Shown here: positions 22,198 through 35,189 of the stretch, in pieces
How positions within the stretch are numbered: position 1 is the stretch's first letter
How the letters are laid out: each line of letters begins with the position of its first letter
Source of the DNA: Reclinomonas americana ATCC 50394
Taxonomy: Eukaryota
Length of the DNA: 36,031 bases
Direction: 5' to 3'
Assembly: GCA_048213135.1 (NCBI GenBank)
Contig: PS015129.1
Location: 183,898-219,928, forward strand
Notes under the pieces: model-generated
Told to the model about the DNA's origin: nothing
The model's input: only the letters and a program-made list of their open reading frames with translations
The model's database searches: none
Made by a program: the position numbers and the translations under genes

Positions 22198-25100
22198 ATG
22201 GTGAGACACACGCGCGTACAGAGAGCACGAGAGAGAGAGAGGCACACACACGTGCACATGCGCGCACAAGCATGCGACTGTATTACTGGCACGCGCTCAC
22301 TCTCACTCTTTCTCTCACACACACAGCGTCGCGCACCCACTGAGTACCGCCTTGCACTGGACGATGGCACTCCTGTTCATGTCGACGAGATCCTTGGTCG
22401 CGGTGCTTATGGAAACGTGCACAAGGTAAACTTGAGAGAGAAAGAGAGAGAAACGCATGAGAGATTCTCTCTCACACAGGCGCACTTGCTTGCTCAGTGT
22501 GTGTATGTGTATGTGACATATGCATGCTCTCTCTTCTCTCTGCGTGTGCGTGTGTGCGTGCGTGTGAGAAAGTGAGAAGAAAGAGAGTGAGAATCTCCCT
22601 TGTGTGTCTCGTTGCATCTTGCGCACGCTCTGTGTGTGTGTGTTGTGTTGTGCGCATGTCTCTTTCGTGTGTGTGCATTTGTGAGAGAGAGCGTCTCTTG
22701 CGCGGCAACCATTGCCTATTTCGTCGAGTGATGTGTCTCATCCTTTCGTATTTGTGTTATCAATGAAATGCACACGTGCGCCCTTGTATGCGCACAAGAG
22801 ACAGTGAGAGAGGCCTCATTCTTGTTTTTGTTTTTCGTTTTTTTTCTTTTTCTTCTCATGCCGATGGGTGCCGGGCGAGCATGTGTGTCTTGCTTGCTAA
22901 TTGCAGTATTCCCTCGTTCGCCTCTCTCTCTCTTCAGCTTCTTTGCTTCTTGCACATGTACTTCTTCTTCTTCTCCTCCTCTTCGTTCTCCTCCTTCTTC
23001 TCCTCCTCGTCGTCCTTCTTCTCCTCTTCTTCTTCTTATTGTTGTTCTTGTTCTTGTTCTTCTTCCTCTTCCTCCTCCTGCTCCATCCTCTTCTTGCTCT
23101 TCTTCTCTTCTTGTTCTTGTTTTTGTTCTTCTTCTTCTTGCTCTTCTTCTTCTTCTTGCTCTTCTTCATGTTCTTCTCGTTTTTCTTCCCCTTCTTCTTC
23201 TTTTTCATTCGTCTTCTTCTTCTTCTTCTTCTCCATCATCTTCTTCCTTCCTTTCCACTCCTCCTCCTCCTCCTCCTCCTCCTCCTCCTCCTCCTCCTCC
23301 TCCTCCTCCTCCTTCTCCTTCTCCTCCCCCTCCTCCTTCTCCTTCTCCTCCCCCTCTCCACTCCTCCTCCTCCTCCGCCTCCGCCTCCTGCTCCCTCCTC
23401 CTCTCTTCTCCCTCCTCCTCACTGACCTCTCTTTGTTGACAGGGATACGCTGGTTTCCGCACGGTGGCCGTCAAGTTTTTCCGCCACGTGCAGGGCGTGA
23501 CGGAGGCGTATGGTTTGTTTTGTTTTCTGCGTTGGTTTTCTTTGGCGATGCTGCGTTGGTTTTGTGGTGCTGAACTGCAATTGTTGTGTGCAGAGCGGGA
23601 GGCTGCTGTGTGCCGCGTCCTCGATCATCCCAACATTGTGAAGATGCTTGGTGCGGTTTGCCTCACTTAGGCGCACGAATTCCGATGTCTCTCTCTCCCC
23701 AATTCTCCCACTCGCCCTGACTTCTCACCGCCTGCCGTCTCCTTCCCAATCTCGCTTTGTCGTCTCTCAGCGTGTCTCCTTTCCGCTCCGCCCTTCCCCC
23801 AACTATCTCTCTCTCTCTTGCCTCCTTCGCCCCAGCTCACACACGTCTCTCCCACCATACAGCGGACGGCGAGACCAAGGACGAATCCGGCGATGCCGCG
23901 TTGGTGTGTTCGCACCACGCCTCCACCACCTTATCCTCGCCATTATCGTTCTCACTTCTGCCCATCCAGAAATACCTGGTGTTTGAGTACGCCGGCTCGC
24001 GCACCATGCGTCACGTTTTCGACACGTCACAGACTCGTCCATCGTTTGCCGAAAAGGAGCGTGTGATGGTGAGTGGCGTTGGACCACACTTATTTTCCGC
24101 ATCGCCTGTCTTTTGCTCTTTCGCTCTCTCTCCCTTTCCTCGCCGCTTCCTTTCATTCAATCCTGTTGTCTCTCGTATCACTTCCTCTTGTTCTCTCTCT
24201 CTCTCTCGCCTATCTCGCTCTCTCTCTCTTTCCTCTTCCCTTCCCCTCATTCAATTCTGTTGTCTCTCGCATCACTTCATCTTGTTCTTTCCCATTGTAC
24301 CTTTTTTCCTTTTGTGTTCCCTCTCTATTTCTGCGTGTATGACTCGCTTTCTGTCTTTCTCTACTGCTCCTTCCTTCTGTGTGTCCCTTTCGCCTTCACC
24401 GCCTCATTCTCCGTCTCCCTTTCTCTCTCTGCCTCTTCCTCATCCCCTTTTCCCCATCGCCCTCCTCTTCGTCGCACAGCTGTCACTCGTCCGTGCCGTG
24501 CGCTACCTGCACGCACAAGACATTTGCCACCACGACCTCAAACCCGAAAACATTATCGTGTCGGAGAGTGGGCACGTGGCGATTGCCGATTTCGGGCTGG
24601 CCTCCTTCCACGGCAGCCCCATGACTCGCGAGGGCAAGGTTCTTTGCATGCTCTCTCTCGCCCCACCGGTACCCTCTTATCCCTCACCTTTTTCCCGTCC
24701 AAAGGGCACTCTGCTCTACGCTGGCCCCGAGTCCTTCGACCCCAGCATCGGCATGGGCTTCGGCAGCGATGTGTGGAGCCTCGGTGTGATTTTCTACGAG
24801 ATGCTGGCCAACGGACAAATGCCTTTCACGGGGCGCAATGAGATGACGGTTTGCGCTCGTGGTCTTTGATTCCACTGACTATGTGTGTGTGCGCGTGTGT
24901 CTATCTGACGCATTCTTGCAGCTCAAGTCCGACATTCAGCGCGCCACACCGCCGCCACTGCCTGCCACGGTGCCGGCCAAGTGGCGCACCGCGGTTGAGC
25001 GCATGCTGGTGCGCAGCCCGTTCGAGCGCATCTCGGCCGACGAACTGTACGAGCTGGTGGTCGGTCCAGCCCGCACTGCCAAGTTGCGCCCCCGCTCGCA

Positions 25101-25646
25101 ACCAGGCAGAAAGAAGATGCCACGTTTTCTCATGTCACAGCTCCTCCTCTTAATAACAGCTCGAACCAGCGAGTGTCGTTCAGCAACCCACCCACCACTT
25201 CCGTGATCAATCTGCCACCCGTGTCGCCCGGCCGCTCCTCGGACGAAGACGACGTGGTGGTTGTGGGTCGCCAGCCGTCGGCACCGCCTCCACCCGCCGC
25301 CGCTGCACGGTCAGTGCCACAGCCCAGCAGTGTCAGCGCCGCGCTGCTGATCGCCAAGGGATCGACGCCAGCGCCGTCAGGTGCCTCTGCTGCGGCCGCT
25401 GCGGCTGCTGCCGCTGCTGCCGATTCCAGCTCTGCAACGGGTGAGTGCTCTTGTTCTCCAGCTTCCATTCGTTTCTGGTGCTCACTCGTGGTTGGGGGGG
25501 TTGCAGGTCGCGTGTTCCTCCGGAAACGCTCGCTTGAAGGCGACGACGAGCAGAACCCGCACGGAGCGTGGCGACGACGCGTGGAACCACCTGCTGCACC
25601 GCCAGCGGCGGCCAACAAGGGCGGACGCATCTCGACGCACACGTGA
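22198..25646 (+). CDS. Ser/Thr protein kinase (non-RD) with low-complexity C-terminal tail, multi-exon
   Basis: M|RRAPTEY...ILGRGAYGNVHK|GYAGFRTVAVKFF...EAY|EREAAVCRVLDHPNIVKML|...|KYLVFEY...|LSLVRAVRYLHAQDICHHDLKPENIIVSESGHVAIADFGLAS...|GTLLYAGPE...DVWSLGVIFYEML...PFERISA. All catalytic subdomains are present. Confidence 0.9.
22961..23420. repeat. (CTT/GTT/CCT)n triplet polypyrimidine tract in kinase intron 2 (22426-23442)
   Basis: Directly visible. It generates the spurious poly-L/S/E/K/P ORFs in the track. Confidence 0.95.
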
Positions 25647-25995
25647 GCCGCCGAGAGGAGTGACGAAAAAAAAAGGGGAGGTCTTTAGAAAGTCATCGTT
25701 TGACAATGGGCGCGTGGTCAACGATGCAGGTTCCCGACGGTCGGGCACATACCGACTATGTGGGGTCTTTTTTTGTTCCGCTCCAAGCTTATGTAAACAC
25801 ATGCGCTCTTCTTTTTGCGAAGAGATCCACGGCCGGGAGGAACACAGAGACTCATCCAATGCGCCAATTTTGTATGAGTCACCTCACTCGCTCTTTCAAC
25901 GCAACGCTCGGGGAGTGCGCCTCACGCGCTCTGCTTTATCTGTGTGAGGGAAGCAAGCAGTGTGCGCCTGCTGCCTGAGTGTGTGGAAGTGGAAA

Positions 25996-26069
25996 ATGCT
26001 ATCTCCCGCGCAGTTTGAGGTTCGTGTTGGCCGTGTCTCATGAGTCGCAAGGATGAGAGATGAGATGAG

Positions 26070-26112
<43 letters not shown>

Positions 26113-29100
26113 AGAGAGAGAGGGAGAGGCGACAGCGAGTGTCATGATGATATGTGTGTGTACGCGCGCAAGTACGCATGAGAGCAGTTCTCTCTCACGC
26201 ACACACGTACTCTCATGCACACTGCCAGTCGCCCTACCACACCCTCGTTTATGATCAAGTCTATCGCATTTCCGCGCTCTCAAATGCTCATGCTCTCTTC
26301 CCCCCCTTCTCTCTCCCTCTCTCTCTCTCTCCCTCTCGTCTCCTCTCCCATCCCCTTCTCCCACTTCCCCTCTTCTCCCCCTTCCCCTAAATCNNNNNNN
26401 NNNNNNNNNNNNNNNNNNNNNNNNNNNNNNNNNNNNNNNNNNNNNNNNNNNNNNNNNNNNNNNNNNNNNNNNNNNNNNNNNNNNNNNNNNNNNNNNNNNN
26501 NNNNNNNNNNNNNNNNNNNNNNNNNNNNNNNNNNNNNNNNNNNNNNNNNNNNNNNNNNNNNNNNNNNNNNNNNNNNNNNNNNNNNNNNNNNNNNNNNNNN
26601 NNNNNNNNNNNNNNNNNNNNNNNNNNNNNNNNNNNNNNNNNNNNNNNNNNNNNNNNNNNNNNNNNNNNNNNNNNNNNNNNNNNNNNNNNNNNNNNNNNNN
26701 NNNNNNNNNNNNNNNNNNNNNNNNNNNNNNNNNNNNNNNNNNNNNNNNNNNNNNNNNNNNNNNNNNNNNNNNNNNNNNNNNNNNNNNNNNNNNNNNNNNN
26801 NNNNNNNNNNNNNNNNNNNNNNNNNNNNNNNNNNNNNNNNNNNNNNNNNNNNNNNNNNNNNNNNNNNNNNNNNNNNNNNNNNNNNNNNNNNNNNNNNNNN
26901 NNNNNNNNNNNNNNNNNNNNNNNNNNNNNNNNNNNNNNNNNNNNNNNNNNNNNNNNNNNNNNNNNNNNNNNNNNNNNNNNNNNNNNNNNNNNNNNNNNNN
27001 NNNNNNNNNNNNNNNNNNNNNNNNNNNNNNNNNNNNNNNNNNNNNNNNNNNNNNNNNNNNNNNNNNNNNNNNNNNNNNNNNNNNNNNNNNNNNNNNNNNN
27101 NNNNNNNNNNNNNNNNNNNNNNNNNNNNNNNNNNNNNNNNNNNNNNNNNNNNNNNNNNNNNCCGTACCCCTAACCCTAACCCTACCCGTTTACCGTTTAC
27201 GTAGTACTAACGTACGTACTTACGTCCGACTTACCGTTCCGTCCGTCCTCCTAACTAACGTACGTCTACTCTCTCTCTCCCTTCCCTCCTCTCCTCCTCT
27301 CTCTCTCCTCCTCTCTCTCTCTCTCTCTCCTCTCTTCCCCCTCTCCTCCTCTCTCCAGGCCAAGCTCGCGCGCTTTGAGAGCGGCATCCGCCTCGTGCTG
27401 GGCGAGCACATTATCGAGACACACGCCGACGTGCGCAACATTAGCTTTGTCGATGCACTGTCGGCATCGGCGCTCGACTCGATGCAGACACCAGGCGCCT
27501 CGGTGCATCACCCCTTGTGTCCCACTGTGAAGACAGCAGCTGCTGGTGCTGCGGCGGCTGCTGTTGCGGCGACTGCGGCCGCAGCTGCGGCGACTGCGGC
27601 TGCTGCTGGTTCCGCCTCGTCGGGCTCCAGCGCAAGTTTGTCGGTCGCCGATCGCAGGGGCAGCAGTAACAGTCTGACGGGCGGTGGTGGACTGACTGCT
27701 GTCGGCTCGTCGTCGTCGTTACTGGCCGCGGCTCCTGTTGGTATGTGTGCCATGCATGCACGCGTGAATGTAGTGTGGGTTACGCTGACCACTGCGTTGT
27801 AGGTGTGCCACCGACGACGCACTCATGTCGTGGCAAGTTGCACATCACCACGTATCGTATTGCCTTTGTGCCCGATCGAGCGTCGACATATGTTGCGTGC
27901 CTCATCTTCCGCAAGCAGGCTGTGTCGTGTCGCTGCCTGTCTCTCATCGCTCTTTGCCGCTGTGCACACAGGACGATCTCGGCAGCTCCCTGTACGCCTT
28001 CATCCCGCTCATGTCGGTGTACCGCCTCACGCTGTCGCGTGGCACCCGCGACGCCGGCAATCGCGACTACGACGTTGAGATTCACACGCGCGACTTTCGG
28101 TATTTCAGGTCTGGTCAACCAACAGCGCGACACGTGCACATACTAGCGGCAGAGCTCACCGCTGTGTGGAATTAGGTTCTCCTTTGGCAACGACAAGAGC
28201 ATGCGTGCGCGAGTGCACGACACGCTGGAAAAGCTCTGCTTCCACGAGCGCATCGAGTCCGCCTTTGCATTCTTCAGTGAGGAGCGATTTGCGCCGTTTG
28301 CGCCGCGCAACGATTTCGTGCGCATGGGTGCCGTCTCGTCGGCCGAGCCCACGAGAAAAGGCAGTGGTGTGTGTGCAGCTGACCGCCGGATTCAGCACTC
28401 TGTGCATTCACGTGCATTTTTGTCATTCTCTCGTGGTTCGTCAGATCGCTCTCCCGTGTTGACTGCGGCGGCGCCCGCTGCCGGTGCTGGAAATGCCCGT
28501 GAATCCACGCCGTGGCGTGTGGCCGGTGTGAACGAGGACTACACCGTCTGTCCATCGTATCCAGCTCGCCTGGTGATTCCACAGAACATCACCAACGAGC
28601 ACTTGCGCAAGATTGCCGAGTTTCGCAGCAAGGGGCGTTTTCCGATGCTGTGTTGGACCGACCCGGCCACAGGCGTCTCCCTGTGTCGCAGCAGTCAGCC
28701 GCATGTGGGATTGCTGCGGTGAGTGTGACGAAGGGAAAGTGGGCGAAAGAGAAGGCCCACGAAAATCGCACTGAGGCTTGCTGCCACGACGCACACTCTC
28801 TCAAACTCTCTGGTTTTGTGACTATTTCTTTCACACATTCGCTCTGCTAATCCTCCTTACCTTCTCCTTCCCCTCCTTCTCCGCCTCCTTCTCCTCATTT
28901 TCTTCTTCTCCTTTTCCCTCCTTCCCCTCTTTTNNNNNNNNNNNNNNNNNNNNNNNNNNNNNNNNNNNNNNNNNNNNNNNNNNNNNNNNNNNNNNNNNNN
29001 NNNNNNNNNNNNNCTCCCTCTCTCCCTCTCTCCCTTCTCTCCCTCTCTCCCTCTCTCCCTCTCTCCCTCTCTCCCTCTCTCCCTCTCTCCCTCTCTCCCT

Positions 29101-32100
29101 CTCTCCCTCGTCTCCCTTCTCTTCCTCCTTCCCTCCTTCCCTCTTCCCTCTCTTCCCTCCTCTCTTCCCCCTCTCTTCCCCCTATCCCCTTCTCCTCTTA
29201 CCTCACTCTCTACTCTGCAGTGCCTCGTGCACCGAGGACCAGCTCCTGTTGGAGAGCTTCCGCATGGCCAATCAAGTGAATTCGACGCGCTTTGTGGTTC
29301 TCGACTTGCGGCACCGCATGCATGCGTTTGCCAACACGGCGGCTGGTGCTGGATTTGAGAGTGCCTCGCAGTATCAGCATTTGGATCTGCGGTCAGTGGA
29401 TGCAAGTTTTCTCTCTCTGTGAATTGGTCTTGTCGACTAACTCGTGTACATGGGTAGCTTTCTCGGCATCGCCAACGTCAAGGGTGTTCGTGACTCGTTC
29501 CGCAAACTGTATGATCTGTGCATGGCACCCGCCAATCACGGTTCGCTCTATTGGTTGTCCCAGCTGGAGACGACGGTGAGGCGAAAAGACAAGGATTGTG
29601 CGGTTGTGACGTTCATCGCTCCTCATTGCTCGCGATGCAGGGCTGGTTGCAACATTTGAAGACTGTTCTTCGGGCGGCCCACGTTTGCATTCAGTGCTTG
29701 GAGCACGAAAAGACCAGTGTCCTCGTCCACTGCTCCGACGGATGGGATCGGTGTGTTCCGTCTGCGCCCTTGTCAGTGAGTAGATTTGGAGATTCACACG
29801 ATGGCTATACAGAACTTCGCAAGTGGTGTCGTTGACACTAATGTGCATGGACCCGTACTATCGAACACTGGATGGCTTCTTGCACTTGATTCAGAAGGAA
29901 TGGTGCGTACATGCACACACACACGACGATGTATCCTCCCCATTTCTCATCCTGCTGCTGCTATCCATAGGCTTGATGCTGGTCATCAGTTCCTCCATCG
30001 TCTCGCCCCATTCTCGAAAGACTTTCTCGAAGGAAGTCGGGCACCTGTGTTTGTGCAGGTTCGCTGCCTCAAACTCGCTGCTGCATGTCATTCCACATCA
30101 CCTCACCGTTTTTATTTTCGCACAGTTCATCGACTGTGTGTACCAGCTCCTGTGTCAGTTCCCGTGTTCATTCGAATTCAACGAACGCCTGTTGCTGTCT
30201 CTGGTCGATCACGTGTACTCGGGTCGCTTCGGCACCTTCCTCGGCAACAACGAGCGCCAAAGGTAACGCCATGCATTTTGCGCAGCTGCGCGGCTTACGC
30301 ACTCGTCGCTCATTTTGCGCTGCAGATTAAGCCTCAATCTGCACAAGCGCCCGTCGCTGTGGGGCTACTTGCGAAGTCGGCGGCGGCGATATCTCAATCC
30401 GTATTACACGCAGGGCCCACTCGAGCTGCGCATGGAAGGTGTGACAATTGTCAACGCGTCGTTGATACTGATGATGATGCTGATTGTGTGACTGGCGCGC
30501 AGACATGAGCGCGGATCCGCACTTTTTCAAAAGTCTCTCGCAGCTGCAGATGGTGGAGGGAGCTCTTTATCCGCAGTTCGAGACAGGTGCGCGAGAGCGG
30601 ATTCGATGAGGAGGTAAACTATACGGAATACTGATTGGATTTCTCGCAGGTCACTTGGTGTTTTGGAAGAACTACTATCTACGCCACTATATCTCGCTGT
30701 GCGCTCCACTGGCCACGCACACTACTGCACTGTTGCGAACGCAGTTGTTCCTCACTGAACTGCGAGTGCAACGCGGAGTTTCGTGCCCTCGTGCGTCCTT
30801 GACCCCTTGACTCTTTGCTCACACGCACACGCAGGACCCCACATGGTGTGAGATGGTGGAGACGGCCAATTCAGATGGTGGTGCGTGCTGCGTTATTGAG
30901 TGGCGCACGAATACGTCTGTCATTCCCACGTTACTTTTCAAACAGACGACGATGATTTGCAATCGGAGATCGATCGGCCTCCGCCTTTTGCTGGCGTCAA
31001 TCGCACTTCGTCGATGCAAGCGCGGTCGGTTCGTGCACTGTCTCGCAGAAAAAAAGCAACCGTCGCTGCCATCTGCTCTCAATCTCACCCCGCCTCCTGT
31101 TAGCGTTTGAGTATCGGCGGTTCACCATCCCGCGGCGAATCACCCACCGAGGAGGATGCGGTGTTTGACCTGCCGCTCACTCCCGAGAAGAGTGCCCCCA
31201 TCGCCATTGTCACAGCCGCCGCACCGCCAGCGTCGTCTTCGTTCATGGTCTCGCCGCTGGGCGTCTCGCTCGACGCACTCGGGTCGCTCGAGTCCAGTGA
31301 GACGGTGCGCGCTGACACTCATGCACGCAGAAGCCTTCCCTTAACCTCAACTCACGTGATGTCTCTCTTCCCAGTTGCAAGAGCTGGAACGAATGCGAAC
31401 TCTGAACCGCGAGTTGCGCGAGCGCTGTGTTCGCCAGGCGGACCAGCTGCAGGAGGCTCGAGTTGCGGAAGAAAACATTCGTGTTGGGAGACAGTCGGCG
31501 TTGTCAAAGTGTCTCACCACGGTGTGGATTTGCAGTCGCTCCTGGAGGAGACGCGGTCGCAAAATGCGCAGAATGTGGCTGCTCTGGAGGAATGGTTGGT
31601 GTCGAATGCATTGAATCTCTTGCTCAGCGTCGCTACTCACACAAATGTCTGCAGTCTGCGTGTCTATCAACTGCGCATCGACACCCTGAATCAGCTGGAC
31701 ACTTCAGAGATCGCCACCGAGATGCTCAGGTCAGTTCTCTCTCTTCCTCTCTTCCTTCCTCGGACCGTGCCGCCGTTGCACTGACCGTCCTTCCCGCAGC
31801 GTGGAAAACACCGCGCTCAAGGAAGCCGTCTCTCGTCTCCAGGAGGAGCTCGACACCAGACTGAACGATCTCATGGGACCGACGGCGGCTGCCGCACTCG
31901 CCGAGGACGACGACGGTACAGATGCCAGTGGGTCGTCGTCTTCAGACGACGAGAGTGCCATTGTGGCCGACGAGGTGTCGCGCATGTGGCGTCAAAAGGC
32001 TCTCCGATTAAGCAAGAAGCTGCGACGCGTCACCTCCTCACATCAACGGTGCGTATTTGCATTTCATTGCTTCTCGTATTCTTGGTCTGATTGGTGGTGG

Positions 32101-32537
32101 TGGTGGTCACCGTGGGCGCAGCGAACGGCAGCGTCAGCGGCAAGAATGGGAGGAGGAGCTGCAGTCGCTTCTTCGCGACGTGCGTCAGATGCGAAGCGAG
32201 TTCTTTTCAGTGAGCGAATCGTCGGCTGCCTCAGCGTCGGAGGACAGCCTGTCGGCCAGCCTGCGCGGACAAATCCAAGCGTTGCGAGCTGAGATGGCAC
32301 GGCACCGACAAGGTCTCCCGTTGGCACACGCGTTGACGACGGCCTCCAGTGACCCCTCCAGCGACGACGACGAGGACGACGATGTGGCCGACATTATTCA
32401 ATACCAGCCCGCAGAAGTAACACAGGTACCTCACCGTTCTTGTAGCTTACGTACTGCTCGTTTTGCTTACACCACGGTATAATGTGCCGCAGCTGCGCTC
32501 CCCGTCACCACCTCCGTCATTCTCGTCGCACGAATGA
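25996..32537 (+). CDS. Myotubularin-family phosphoinositide 3-phosphatase: PH-GRAM, catalytic domain and long coiled-coil tail
   Basis: Motifs include GKLHITTYRIAF, WRVAGVNEDYTVCPSYP, FRSKGRFP, LCRSSQP, SVLVHCSDGWDR|TSQ, DPYYRTLDGF..LIQKEW|LDAGHQF, PVFVQ|FIDCVYQLLCQFPCSFEFNE and RFGTFLGNNE. Candidate exon 1 MLSPAQFE (25996-26019) joins 27359 in phase 0 across a gap. The last exon reads LRSPSPPPSFSSHE*. Confidence 0.93.
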
Positions 32538-32681
32538 CGCCGNNNNNNNNNNNNNNNNNNNNNNNNNNNNNNNNNNNNNNNNNNNNNNNNNNNNNNNNNN
32601 NNNNNNNNNNNNNNNNNNNNNNNNNNNNNNNNNNNNNNNNNNNNNNNNNNNNNATCTCTCTCTCTTCTTCTTCCTTCCGTC

Positions 32682-32744
<63 letters not shown>

Positions 32745-32746
32745 CC

Positions 32747-33960
32747 AGCCCACGTTGTTGTAGAGTTGCATATTCGGGCAGGGGTCTCGAGGCTTTCCGT
32801 CTCGTCTCGTTATTCTGCAGCTTTCGCTCACTCGATGCATTCCACGTGCACAGCCGCTGAGCGTCTCCAAAATCCTGTCACGAATCATTGACCGAGGCGA
32901 ATTCACATTCAGCGGAGGTGATGCCGCTCGCCTTTTTTCCCCCTTCTCTCGCTCCATTGCTGACTTCTTCTCCCGCTAGCCACGCCCTCCAACACCCTGT
33001 CCAGTCGCATCTCCACCGATGCAAAGCGAGCCGACTCCAAGCTGGCCCGCGTCGGTGTGCAATACACCTTGAAATGCCTGCTGCCTGCAGGTGCCGTGGC
33101 GGCAACCGAGGCAGCTGTGGCGGCAGCATCTGCAGCGGCCGCAGCGGGTTCCTCGGCAACGACCACGAGTGCAAGCGGGTCGCGGAGGGCAAAGGTGTGT
33201 GTTTTGGTGTTTTTGAGTCTGGTGTGACGAGACACCGCCTCAGTGTCGAATGTGCCTGCAGGATGACGGTGCTGGGTCGAAGCGAGCAGCGGCCACTGCC
33301 GCCGCAAACGGTGCCCCACCAGTGAAGAAGCAGCGCAAATCCAGTTGCGCCTCACCGAATGTCGAATCACCAAAAGACTTTGTCTCTCATTATTCGATTG
33401 GTCTCGCAGGGACGGCTGTTGGGTCGCAATCTCACCCAGTAGCTGCGGTGCGTTGGCGCGAGACATGTTTGCACGAGCGAGGGAGGGAGCGCAGCGTCTC
33501 ACTGACTACTCTGTGGCGTGCGTAGAAGGACGAAGATACGGGGGCTGTGGAAACGGACGATGGTGGCAGTGAGGCAGACGGTGACGATCAGGTACGCCAA
33601 TGTGATGTCGTTGATCCATGCATGGCAGTAGTGTCACGACTCCGTATCGTGCAGTTGCCATTGCCGTACCGCGTAGCAGCCGGTTCTGCGGGTCTTAGTG
33701 TGTTTGTGACGTCGCTTGGTCGGGCATACCGTGGCCAACTGAGGCATCTGTGGCAGTACCCAGGGTCATCAGAGGTGAAATGAGCGCGCAGAGAAAAGAG
33801 GAAGGCTGACTCTCTATCCTCATCGATGATGTCTCTTTCGCAGTTGACCTTGACAATCGGTTACCAAGCAGTGTGGGTTCCCAAAAAGAACAGTGCCTAT
33901 CGTGGTTGCACGTGGCACATGACGGTGGAGGAGCATGTGAACGGAGGGCCGGTGTTTGTA
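32747..33960 (+). CDS. Probable chromatin protein with HARE-HTH-like and FYR-N-like domains (partial, between gaps)
   Basis: Exons 32854-32917 and 32980-33194 give PLSVSKILSRIIDRGEFTFSGATPSNTLSSRISTDAKRADSKLARVGVQYTLK. Exons at about 33655-33774 and 33844-33960 give LPLPYRV...VFVTSLGRAY...LTIGYQAVW...GCTWHMTVEEHVNGGPVFV. Domain calls are by recalled pattern only. Confidence 0.6.
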
Positions 33961-35189
33961 GTTGTGTCTGGTTCTGGCACTCTCTTGTTCACAAAGCTGT
34001 GGTCTCACGTGTGCTGTGTNNNNNNNNNNNNNNNNNNNNNNNNNNNNNNNNNNNNNNNNNNNNNNNNNNNNNNNNNNNNNNNNNNNNNNNNNNNNNNNNN
34101 NNNNNNNNNNNNNNNNNNNNNNNNNNNNNNNNNNNNNNNNNNNNNNNNNNNNNNNNNNNNNNNNNNNNNNNNNNNNNNNNNNNNNNNNNNNNNNNNNNNN
34201 NNNNNNNNNNNNNNNNNNNNNNNNNNNNNNNNNNNNNNNNNNNNNNNNNNNNNNNNNNNNNNNNNNNNNNNNNNNNNNNNNNNNNNNNNNNNNNNNNNNN
34301 NNNNNNNNNNNNNNNNNNNNNNNNNNNNNNNNNNNNNNNNNNNNNNNNNNNNNNNNNNNNNNNNNNNNNNNNNNNNNNNNNNNNNNNNNNNNNNNNNNNN
34401 NNNNNNNNNNNNNNNNNNNNNNNNNNNNNNNNNNNNNNNNNNNNNNNNNNNNNNNNNNNNNNNNNNNNNNNNNNNNNNNNNNNNNNNNNNNNNNNNNNNN
34501 NNNNNNNNNNNNNNNNNNNNNNNNNNNNNNNNNNNNNNNNNNNNNNNNNNNNNNNNNNNTACGCGCTCAATCACGGGTTGGCGGATGAGATCGCGACTGC
34601 CACTGCCACTGCCTCCTCCTCCGCCTCCATTGGCGGCAGTGGCACGACCGCCGCCCTTGGGAGTGCTCATTTGGCGCGTGAGTGTGTGTGTGTGAGAGAG
34701 AGAGATGATGAGTCATTGCATTGGACGCGCGCGACGTCGAGCTGGTGAGCAGTTTCGTGACGGACTTTAATTATGCACCGCTCCTGTGCCTGTCGCCACT
34801 ACTCACCCTTGTGTGCTGCAGCAAAATGGCTTGTGCACACAGTTTTTGTTTCGATATCTTTTGTCGACGTCGACTCTAGATCTGCAGGTGGGCCTGATAT
34901 CGCAGCTGTGAACAGGCGATCTATTGTATTCACCGGTGCTCCACTGGCTACCCAAAGTGGATTTGGCGTTGGTCTTGGTGGGGGATGCAGCGGAAAAGCA
35001 ATGCAATGTCCCTGCAGGATCCATTCCTGGCGAGCAAGCGATCAGTGCAGACCATGGCGTTGTGCTCTCCACACACGCGGCCGCTTGCACACTTGCACTA
35101 CGGCTCCTCGCCTCGCCTCACGCCGTCGACTCGAACAAACAGCGCGAACTTCGCGACTTGTCCTGCGCGTCGGAAGATTGATTCTCACG

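Noticed and set aside
22768-23573. Long poly-Leu/Ser/Glu/Lys/Pro ORFs, and HT/CV-repeat ORFs elsewhere
   Set aside because: These are translations of intronic microsatellites. ORFs spanning N-runs are also artefacts.
23651-23670. Apparent 20-nt micro-intron GTGCGG...TTAG in the kinase
   Set aside because: The same donor joins in phase to the acceptor at 23862, giving a continuous kinase, so no micro-intron is needed.
27162-27270. Telomere-like CCCTAACCCTAACCCTA followed by odd TACG-rich sequence
   Set aside because: There are only about 2.5 units at a contig edge, and the following sequence cycles through T-A-C-G like degraded pyrosequencing read ends. It is probably an artefact rather than an interstitial telomere.
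34888-35181. Coding-like frame with an internal TGA (VGLISQL*TGDLLYSP...)
   Set aside because: There is no homology signal and the strand is unresolved, which is insufficient to claim a gene or readthrough.
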